A stretch of 52,121 nucleotides of DNA, counting the filler, from Thelocarpon superellum (taxonomy: Eukaryota), in NCBI GenBank assembly GCA_026025795.1. It is 2 parts of 2 records of this genome, joined end to end, with 100 filler letters (N's around TTAATTAATTAA, not from the genome) between each part and the next. Parts side by side here need not be neighbours in the genome. Positions count along the whole stretch, not along the records: positions 1 to 26,068 come from JAPEUG010000259.1; 1 more part is not named here. One strand, written 5' to 3'. The notes under the pieces are model-generated. The model saw only the letters and a list, made by a program, of their open reading frames with translations. It did no database searches and had not been told where the DNA came from. Shown here in pieces: positions 11,831-21,255 of this stretch. Numbering within the stretch: position 1 is the stretch's first letter; every line of letters begins with the position of its first letter. Both the position numbers and the translations under genes were made by a program.

Positions 11831-13175
11831 ATGTCGCCCTCGCGGATCAGCGTGCAGGCCGACGATGAGCCGGCGCATGAGATGAAGCTGGCCATCATGG
11901 GCCTTGGTGCCGAATATCCGCCGTACCAGGCCAAGGCCGCCGACTTGGATGTGATCGCCGCGCGCTTCTATCCGCCGTCCCCCGCGTAAGCTCCCTCGCG
12001 CGACCCCTCGGTGCTACACGCCGGCGCTGCAGACGTCGACGTCGGCAATCCTTGTACTCACAACGCCGACAGCCTCTCCAAAGTCCTCACCATCAATCGT
12101 TACACTGGCATTGAGACTCGATCGTGCATTGGCGACCCCGACCACCCGCTGGCCAATGGAGCGACTGCGCCGAGCATCGCCGAGCTGTGCAAGATCTTCC
12201 TCGACGAAGGCGTGGCCTTGTCCGTGCGGGCGTGTCGCAAGGCACTCAAGGAGTGGGGCGGGTCCCTGGACGACATCACCCATGTCGTCTCCACCACCTG
12301 CACCAATTCCGCCAACCCTGGGTTCGATCACTACGTCATCAAGGAATTGGGCATCTCGGCGAGCGTGGAGAAGGTGCTCCTGCATGGGGTAGGATGCTCG
12401 GGCGGCCTGGCCGCCCTGCGCACGGCCGCCAACCTCGCCCTCGGCGCATCCTTCCAGCGGCGGCCGGCGCGGATCTTGGTGCTCGCGTGCGAGATCTCGT
12501 CAGTGTTGGTCCGCTCGGAGCTGGATCTGATCACGACGGAGCAGAAGATTGCCATCGGCGTGACGCTGTTCAGCGACTGCGCGTCGGCCGTAGTACTCTC
12601 GAACGGCATTGGCCCTGAGCCTCGGGGACCACCCGTCTATTCACTCCGTGGGTGGGATCACGCCATCCTCCCCGACACGGAGGCCGACCTCGGCTTCGAC
12701 GTGGATCCCCATGGTGAGTCGTGCTCATACTGGCGGCGCGAAGATGCGTTGGTGCTGACGAGCGACAGGATGGAAGGTGGTGCTCTCGCCACGGGTTCCA
12801 GAGCTGGCCTCGGCGGCCGTGCCTGCCATGTTCAAGAAACTGGTTCGCTCGATCCCCAGCCTGGAGGAAGAAGATAGCCTTACGGCGGCCGACTTCGACT
12901 GGGCACTTCATCCCGGCGGGCTGACCATTCTCACGGGCGTGCAAGAAACGATGGGCCTGGTACCGGAGCAGCTCCGGGCCAGCTACGACGTCTACGTCAA
13001 TCATGGCAACAGCTCGAGCGCGACCATCTTCAGTGTCATGGACAAGCTCCGGAAGATGGGCATGGGTAAGAAGCACGTGCTGGGCTGTGCCTTTGGCCCT
13101 GGCATCGCCGTCGAGATGGTTGTGCTCGAGCGAATGGACGGCGTCGAAGATATGCCCAGCGAAGCCCTGGACTGA
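11831..13175 (+). CDS. Type III polyketide synthase (chalcone synthase-like)
   Basis: Catalytic triad Cys (GVGCSGG), His (WALHPGG), Asn (HGNSSSAT); TTCT, LFSDCASA, FGPG motifs; introns 11986-12072 and 12714-12768. Confidence 0.95.
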
Positions 13176-13291
13176 GCTGGACGATGATATAGATCCTCGT
13201 GGATAGACTTGGCGTTCAGATCACGGACAACGTAGACACCGCCTTCTCCCCGCCATGGACCAACATCTCCTTCGGCTAGCGTTGTCATTAT

Positions 13292-13738
13292 TCAAACACC
13301 TTCAAGAGCGAAAATGCGACAGGCCCAGAGCCAGCCTAGGAGGACTAGACAAATCGTATGGACGATGAAGTGTAGGATCGGGCCACCTAAGACAGAAGCC
13401 GCTGCTTTCCGTCGATCTGAATCCGGTCCACGGGCCTCACCCACGGACAGATCTCCCGCCCCTCCAATCCGTGCCATCGCCCGGACGATGGGCGCAGCAT
13501 GGTAGATGGCCATGGCCCCAGCGACGTGACAGCTGGTCTCATCAAGGGGCCGAAAGGCGAAGATGGCGGCTATGATGTTGAGTGAGAGCAGCAAGACAGC
13601 ATACTGGCGGATCAACGGGCGGGCATGGGGTTGGGGCGCGGCAAGCTGGACATCGGGTTGCAGGAAAAGGGAGATGCTGGCAGGTACTTCGACGAGCAGA
13701 TGCGCGAGGAATGGAATCGACGTGAACGGCGGAGCCAT
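13292..13738 (-). CDS. Small integral membrane protein of unknown function (~148 aa, about 4 TM)
   Basis: Single ORF with hydrophobic helices (FLAHLLVEVPAS, RQYAVLLLSLNIIAAIF, AGAMAIYH, HFIVHTICLVLL). Confidence 0.7.
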   Translation of the reverse strand: MAPPFTSIPFLAHLLVEVPASISLFLQPDVQLAAPQPHARPLIRQYAVLLLSLNIIAAIFAFRPLDETSCHVAGAMAIYHAAPIVRAMARIGGAGDLSVGEARGPDSDRRKAAASVLGGPILHFIVHTICLVLLGWLWACRIFALEGV

Positions 13739-14130
13739 CACCGCCAGGGTTACACGTCCGGTATGAGTACTGGGTCTCTAAGAACAACAAAATGAAGAGG
13801 AAGCACACGGTCCCTCGCTGGCGTAATTAACTGCGAAGTACGAAGTACACTTTACATCCGAGTACGAGTACGAGTACGAGCGCAGGTACGACGCCGGTAC
13901 GGGCACGAGCATGTGTAGGTACGGTTACGGAGGTAACTATTGGAAGGGGCTGCAGAAATGACCGGACACAGTATCGATTTAGCTATGAATTTCTACGCCT
14001 AACTTGACTACTGCGTCCGGTCACTTCTGCGAACCCCCTCAGGTACACAGTCGCGTGGGCCTCTGCTCCCATCACCATCAACCTCTCTCCGCCCTTCAAT
14101 TCCTATCTATACCCCTCGCGTTATCAGAAT

Positions 14131-15170
14131 ATGCGTCCTCTCTGCCCCCGATACCATTGGTTCGAGATTCACGATCAGACCTGGTAGGATACGAAACACC
14201 CTATGAGCGCGAGGATGTCTTCCCTTCTCAAGAGCTACGTGGCTGACCCTTTGATGCCTCTAGGTTCCCCGACTACTTTCGAGAAAAGGTCCAGGCATGT
14301 CTGACTCTGGCCTGGACCATGCGCGTCCGGCCGCTTCAAAAATGCTCGCCGGCCGATCTGGTAGCCAAAACCCTCCTCTCCGTCCTCCCACCTGGCCAGG
14401 CCGCCGAGTACACTTTCGTCGACTTCTGCGCCGGCGCGGGCGGACCGACGCCCACGATCGAGAAAGTGCTCAACGCTCAATTAAAAAGCGATGCCACCAC
14501 CGACCCAGCCCCCAGCGCACATTTCGTCCTGACGGATCTGCACCCGCACCTTGAGGCGTGGGCGGCGGTAGCCAAGAAGAGCGACAAGTTGGGATATGTT
14601 TCGACGCCGGTCGACGCCTCCGATGCGCCACGCGACCTGCTCAAGGACCGACAGGGTGGCAACAAGGTGTTTCGGCTGTTCTTCCTTGCCTTTCATCACT
14701 TTGATGATCCCTTGGCGGCCACGATCCTCCGGAATTCCATCGAGACGGCGGATGGATTTGCGTGAGTAGTGGCTTCATTGCCCCTGGCTGAGTGCCGCTC
14801 CTGACGCGTTGATAGAATCTTTGAACTGCAGGAACGCACGCTTCTCTCGATGGTCATGGTCACGAGCCTAGGACTGCTCCTCATGCTGATCTCACCCTTC
14901 TATTTCTGGCGCTCGCCTGGTCACCTGTTCTTCACCTACATCATTCCCATCGTGCCCTTTGTGGTGACGTTTGACGGATACATCTCCAGCATCCGGACCA
15001 GAAGCGCAGACGAGATTCTCGCCTTGCTGGAACCGAAGAACGATCCCGACCCGGCAGCGACCTCGCACTTGACGAAGCAATGGAAGTTCGGCGACGGCCG
15101 TGTGATGCATTCGGATCCGATCGGGTACATGAGCTACTTTATCGGGGTGAAGAAGGATGCTCAGGACTGA
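14131..15170 (+). CDS. Class I SAM-dependent methyltransferase-like protein with hydrophobic C-terminal segment
   Basis: Motif I-like FVDFCAGAGGP, motif II-like VLTDLHP, VDAS, FHHFDD; exon 1 MRPLCPRYHWFEIHDQTW; introns 14184-14263 and 14762-14816. Confidence 0.7.
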
Positions 15171-16019
15171 GGGCAAGAATGGCTATCTTGCAGGATACTA
15201 TCTCGGGAGAGCCTCGCAGTCGCGTGATTGAGACGCGGCATTCCTGTATAATAGCTGAGAGAAGCATCTCCGTGTTTCGGTGTTCTGGAAGGGTTTGATC
15301 TCGGCTGCGGGGCGTGAATAAGGACTACGGTAGAGGCGTTGTGCAGAATTGGAGAGATTCTCATAACAGATGTTCCGCAACTAGCCTTCCTCTCACTTGT
15401 TCGTATCTCCATCTCACTCGGCTCGCTCGAATCATGTATGCACACAGTGGTTTTGACATGCCTCTCCGATCCACCTCCGGCGCCTGTACAATGGATTCGA
15501 ACATGCCCCCTGACATACTCTTGTTGTTCTGCAACATCGGTAGTCAAAGTCGACGAACTGATCGAAGACCACCAGAGCACGAACAAAGCAACTAACGACA
15601 GATGTGAAGAAGACAGGAGTGTTGACGGCCCTCTTAGCGCCAGACACAGCGGTGACTGAAGACGAAGAATATGACCCCCTGCAACATGCACAGTAGAACA
15701 GCAGAGCGTAGACGTTAAATAAACAGTCACGCCTGCAGTGCTTCCTCTCTCTTCTTCCACATCCGCAACCATCTCGCTTTCTGACGCTCAGCACCGCTCT
15801 GTTGACCTCTGCCCGTCCCCACACGCTCCATCACAGCTTTGTTGTGCTCGCCCGTCTCCCTCGTATCTCGACTGCTCCAACGACTCGAGCAACTCCAGCT
15901 CGCGAAAGCTCAAGATCCACGCAGGGGAGACCCCTGGAACACTGGACGCCGCCTCATTATCTCCCATCCGAGCCGTGATCCAGCGGGCCCAAGAGTACTC
16001 GAGGAGATCCATCGACGAG

Positions 16020-17382
16020 ATGGAGTCCGTCGCCCATTCAGGGGGCTCTCCAGCTTCTCCTGCTCCTCCTCCCCGTCCGCCTCCATCGTCTCCCCCCGTG
16101 GTCATCATGACCGACGCTTCTTCTTCCGTTCTCTCTTCTCCCTCTCCCTCTCCGTCCACGTCCACCGCCGACCGCGAGCCCGCCACGGGCCCCAGCACCT
16201 CGACGCCCTCCAAGCGTCCCGCGCCGTGGACGATCGAAGCGGACGCGATGATCATCGACGGGGCGCTCCGGGGCGAAACACACGCGATGATCGCCGAGGG
16301 CCTGGTCGGACGTTCCCAGGCTTCCGTGGACCAGCGGCTGACGCGGCTGGTGCACGTGAAGCGCGACACGGTCAAGCTTCCGCTGTGCTGGAAGAAGACG
16401 GAGGCGATCGAGGCCGGCCGCGGCAACATCTTCACCGAGGCGCCCTTCACCGACGAGGAAGACGAGGAGCTCGTCGCCTGGCTGCTGCGTGGCTGCTTCG
16501 GCCTGCGCGGGGAGATCTTCAACGATGGCCATAGTCGCGAGGGACTGCGGAAGCGCCTCAGCGAGCTGGAACAGATGGCGGGGTTCGTCTCCGATCGCGA
16601 GGTGAGTACAATTGGTTCGAGATATAGTGGTCCCTGAAGCGCCCCCTCCTCGCTCCATTCCTCCCTTCCTCCCGTCTCGTGGTGTCCTCCGCTCGCGAGG
16701 GAGTGCTATATAAATGCTGACCTTGTCTCTCTTCTCTCTCTAGACCAAGTTGATCATCCAAGGCGTCGACCAGTGCCGCCTTCCCAGCGGCATCGATCCA
16801 GACTGGGAGGCCATCGCACGCTTCGTGGCGGAGAAGACGGGGAAGGCCGGCCCGTCACCGACGGCCTGCTTCACGGTCGCGACGCTAGAGCTAGGCGGGT
16901 GGGACGGCCAATACCACCCCAACTACGTGCCGTGGCACGACGACCGCCGTGGCTGGACGCAGTATCGAGCTGCGGCGGCGACGAAGAAGAAGGAGGTGAA
17001 GGCGGCGGTGGTGACAGCGGGGTCGGCACCGGCGTCGGGGTCCGGGACGGGGTCGGGGGTCGGGGCCGCTCCTCACGCAACCAGCACGCTGACCACGGCG
17101 ACAGAGAGCGCTCCAGTGGCAGGACCGTCGACGACAGCACCACATGCCGCCCCAGGCGTGCAGGGTGCCATGGCGACGCCAGGACCGGCCTCGGCACCGC
17201 ATGGGTCGGACACGCCGACAGCACCGCCCTCAGCATGGTACCCCGTGGGAGCACCGCCAGGGAGCGCCCCAGCGACGCTTGCGTCGCTGGGTCTGACGCT
17301 CGACGAGATCAACGCGCTCCTCGAGTTCAATCGTGTGGAGGACGACAACCAGACTATCACAGACAATGAGCTTTCCAATTAG
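16020..17382 (+). CDS. Hypothetical protein with degenerate Myb-like repeats and low-complexity tail
   Basis: PWTIEADAMI...IAEGLVGRSQASVDQRL, PFTDEEDEELV...LRKRL, DWEAIARFVAEKTG; intron 16602-16743 joins ORFs 15738..16637 and 16750..17382 in frame. Start uncertain. Confidence 0.6.
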
Positions 17383-17899
17383 TGGTGGAGTGGGGGCGTG
17401 CTTTTGTATCCAGCCGGTTCTGGCCTGCCAGCGCGTCATGGCTCACTCTTTCTTCTGCTTGCTTGCTTGATTTCTTTCTTCTAGTTAGACGGTCATGGTC
17501 ACAGTCATAGTCACAGCGAAGGCGCAAGCGGGCAAACATCTTAGACCACACCACGTTTGAACGCCGACAGAGCGTCACAGGGAATGACAGGGAGTCACAC
17601 GGGAATGGTATGATGACGCGAATGCAGGTGCGTAAGTACACGTGCTCCTGTTTTACATGGACAGCAAGGACAAACAAGGCCTAAGGAAACAATTGAGCTC
17701 ACGAACCAATGACCGGGCCCTCCCAAGGGTATTTGAACAAACGACAACGACCGGTACATCTGTTGGTACACTCCCAAACCCAAACGCCGTCTATGCCTCC
17801 AAGCCTCCATATGCGCATTATTACAGACCCATAGCTCGGCGGAATCCGAGGACATGCGCCATGGGAGGTACAATGAGAAAGAAGCGTGGAGGAGGCGCA

Positions 17900-18862
17900 T
17901 TAGATGGGATTGGACATGCCCGGGGCGGGCACGGCCGGCATCGGAGTCCCTCCGATTCGTGGGGTGGCGATCGAGTGTGACCCATTGGAGGAGGCCTGGG
18001 CCGAGGTGGATCCGGGCGTGCTGGCAAGGCCGCGTTTGGCCATCTTGCCCAGGATGCGGACGAGCTCCGAGGCATCTTGGAACATCTCGTCGTCCATGCC
18101 CTCCTGGGCGTTGTAGACGTCGGCGATGGCCTGCTTGGCCAGTCGCCGGGACGCCTCGGCGTCGCGGAGACAGTCGTACATGAAGGCCGCGTACTCCATC
18201 TTGACGCTCAGGCGGAGGGGATGGCTGCCGGAGAGGTGGTGTTCAGCCAGCTTGGTAACCTCCTCGAAGCAGTCCGAGGCCATGGGGATGTAGTCCATGG
18301 CCGGGAGGAGGAAGTTGCCCGCGGGCTTGGGGATGGCGACGGGGGCGAGTCCCGGTGGCAGAGGGCCGGCCAGGCCGGCCTTCCTCCCATTTCCGTGCCC
18401 GTGCCCGTGCCCGTGCCCATGTCCATTGCGTGACCCGGGCGGTTTCAACTCGTGGGGGTTGGTCGTGACGGAAGTCCGGCGGTTGGCGGCAGGGTTCGGG
18501 AGCGAGGCCTGCGTGGCCGGAGGGTTGTTGTGGAAGAGGACGAAGATGTGGTAGAAGCTGGCACGCAACTTGTACGACAGCACCTTGAGCTCGGAGTAGT
18601 TGGCCACCATGGGGATGGCGTACTGCTCGACCATGACGAGGCCCTCGCGCGACAGCCAGACGATGTGATGGTACAGCTGCAGGGACTTGGTGTCGCGGGT
18701 GGTGTCGAGCTTGCGTAGTTTCCGCGCGCGGACGAGCTTGCGGGCCAGCAGGACGGAGAGACCCAGCACCTTGAAGAGCATGGCGGACAGGAAGGAGTTG
18801 TCCGCGGCGACCGACTTGGCCAGGTGGCCCAAGAACTTCTGGTCAATGTCGGACGAAGCCAT
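17900..18862 (-). CDS. Divergent 14-3-3-like protein
   Basis: SHPLRLSVKMEYAAFMYDCLRD...RRLAKQAIAD...DASELVRIL parallels 14-3-3 C-terminal helices (THPIRLGLALNFSVFYYEI...LAKQAFD). Likely start MASSD at 18862; the open frame extends to 19492. Confidence 0.8.
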   Translation of the reverse strand: MASSDIDQKFLGHLAKSVAADNSFLSAMLFKVLGLSVLLARKLVRARKLRKLDTTRDTKSLQLYHHIVWLSREGLVMVEQYAIPMVANYSELKVLSYKLRASFYHIFVLFHNNPPATQASLPNPAANRRTSVTTNPHELKPPGSRNGHGHGHGHGHGNGRKAGLAGPLPPGLAPVAIPKPAGNFLLPAMDYIPMASDCFEEVTKLAEHHLSGSHPLRLSVKMEYAAFMYDCLRDAEASRRLAKQAIADVYNAQEGMDDEMFQDASELVRILGKMAKRGLASTPGSTSAQASSNGSHSIATPRIGGTPMPAVPAPGMSNPI

Positions 18863-20478
18863 CAACGCGGAGAGCGACCATGGCACGGCGTGATGACCGA
18901 GGGCGGGAGGAAGAGGGGAGGGGGGCGAGGGCGCGGCGGGGAGGGGGTCGAGGAATTGCAGCGCCCGCGCTGTCGACGGGGACGGAGGTGGTGATGATGA
19001 GGCAGCCGGCAGGAGTGCAGCATGACGGTGGCGAGCCTCGTCGGGCTGCTCGTGGGTGGTCTGGCGCCGCCCTGCCTGACACTGGCCGCAGTAGAGAAAG
19101 GAGTGGGCGTCGGCCTGGGCATGGGCGGAGGCGTGGGCGTGGGCGTGGGCGAAGGCGTGGGAGTGGCCGGAGCGGTGGCGATCGTCGCGCTGGAACAGCT
19201 CCGGCCGATGGTCCTGCTTCTCATCTTGTTCCTGGTCCTCCTGCTGCTGCTGCTGCTGCTCGTCCCGTTGGTCCTCCGCCTGCTGCCGCTGCTGCTGCTG
19301 CTGCTGCCGCGGCCGCGGCTGCTCCGGATCCTCCATCATCGTGCCTGGACCTGTGTTGGTACCGGGGCCGCGTCCCTCTCCGGCCGGGTCCCACTCGCGT
19401 TGGACCACGGCCTCCTGAGTCCGGCGGTGGTACTGCCGCCGCCGGCCGGCATAATCGCACTGGTGCTGGTCCTGGCCGTGGGCGACCTGCATGGTGCAGG
19501 TGCAGCGTGGCCCAACGGCAATGGACAGAAAAGGGACTGTGACGTGTCCAGCTCACCGCCGAAGTTAAATGGGCCAAACGTCCCCAAGGATTTCCTATTG
19601 TCCGGTCTCAAACAACGAATTTCCCTAGGCGAGCGGCGCTAAACCACCGCGCGACCGGGGTCCGGTCTGGGGCGCCTGTGATGGGCCCCGACGTGCCTGA
19701 GATGGCGCTTGACCGGGACGGTTTAGTGGCGACCCCAGGCCGATCGCCCGGTCTCCTCGGAACTACTGGCGGAGACCGCTCCTCGTCCTGGGGCGAGAGG
19801 AAGGCAGGGACTGGCGGGCGGGTTAGGGTACGCGCTGGACCATGCCCTAAGCTCCGCGGGTCCATCATTCTTGGAGACTACGCTTGACCTCTCCCCGTAG
19901 CCAGGCGAGCCGAGCCGAGGCCATTGGCTCACGCCTCGCGCTGCCTCATTTGAAGCAAACACCTCCGCCGGGAGTCGGTGGCCCAACCGCCTACTGGGTC
20001 CTTGGTGCTCCACGCTTTATTCCCCATCCCCGTCCGGATGTCGGGGTCGATGGCCCAAGTCTCAAGCAAACCGTGGACCGAATCCGTGGCGCAAACAGCG
20101 ATGCCGTCGTACAGGCCACGGCGCGTGTTCGGGCAGCATCACCGGAACACCACGGACCTCTGTTGAACGCGGGCGCGGTCGCGTCCGAGCTCCGCCAGGA
20201 GAGCAATCGCCACCAGCTGCGCGCTCCGAGTGCTCGCGGTCATGGTATAAGAATGGCCGGACCTCGTCAGGTGGGGCCGTGGGAGGTACGGCATCGGCAC
20301 CGCTCCTCTGGACCATCGTTGCACGCCTTTCATGTCTCTCCCAGTGAGCAAGACCCGCTAGTGTTGCACGCGCGCAAGGTGATGGTGGATCGCCTGGGCC
20401 TCAATGCCGTACTGACGCCTCGCCAGGTCGCTGGATCCCTTGCTCGCCCTGCTGTCGTCAGCGAGCCTCATCCGAGAC

Positions 20479-20700
20479 ATGTGTCGCTACTATCGACACC
20501 ACTGGACATGTGGCCATGACAGTCTGGTCTTTGCCGCCTTCTGTAATGCCGCCGCCATGATTCAGACGCCCTGCGCCGAGCAGAGCATCTGGCAAACCTT
20601 GGCGATGGAGATGGCCTGTACCGAATGTTACGTCCCGTCGTCCCCTCCGCCGACGGAGCGGGCTACCGGACAGCTCACCAAGAATCCACGCCGGCTGTGA
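20479..20700 (+). CDS. Small Cys/His-rich protein (73 aa), putative zinc-binding
   Basis: MCRYYRHHWTCGH...FC...PC...CTEC pattern followed by a Pro-rich tail. Confidence 0.5.
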   Translation: MCRYYRHHWTCGHDSLVFAAFCNAAAMIQTPCAEQSIWQTLAMEMACTECYVPSSPPPTERATGQLTKNPRRL

Positions 20701-21255
20701 GGGCGAATGGAGGCCGCGGCGGGGTCGGAGGCCATGGCGGGGGCGGGAGCGGGGGCGGGGGCGGGATCGACATGCTGTAAGAAATGTACCAAGAATGATG
20801 CGCATCGCGTGCTCGGTGGAGTGGGGAGTTGAGCGCGAGCATAATCGCGGAATAATTGGGATCCGGGCAAGCATGATGGCACGACTTGGGACAAGAAGTG
20901 GCCGGGCACGGGATATTGCTCGGATGGGAAAGGAGGCAAATGCCCGCTTCGGGGAAATAATCGTGGAAACTACTATTAGGAGTCCAGAGCGCCTCGGTCG
21001 TTCGCTGTCCGCCCGCCCGGAAGCTCGGTTTGCCGGCCAGAGCGCGTGCTGGGCAAGAGTAAGCAATAAGCAAGATCTCGCCGTTTCGTCCCGGCGACCC
21101 CATCCCTTCCGTTCCCATCCATCATCTCGCCGTCGAGCGTCCACACGCAGTTCCCTCTTGAGGCAACCTTCTCGATCGCCTATCGAAGGAGATCGGTGCA
21201 CTACAGCCGAGCTGCTGGGCTCGTGTGGGTTGCGCGCGGAAGAGAAACAGGCCTC

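Noticed and set aside
19820..19829. GGGTTAGGG as a telomerase RNA template or interstitial telomere
   Set aside because: Only 1.5 repeats, with no supporting structure or array.
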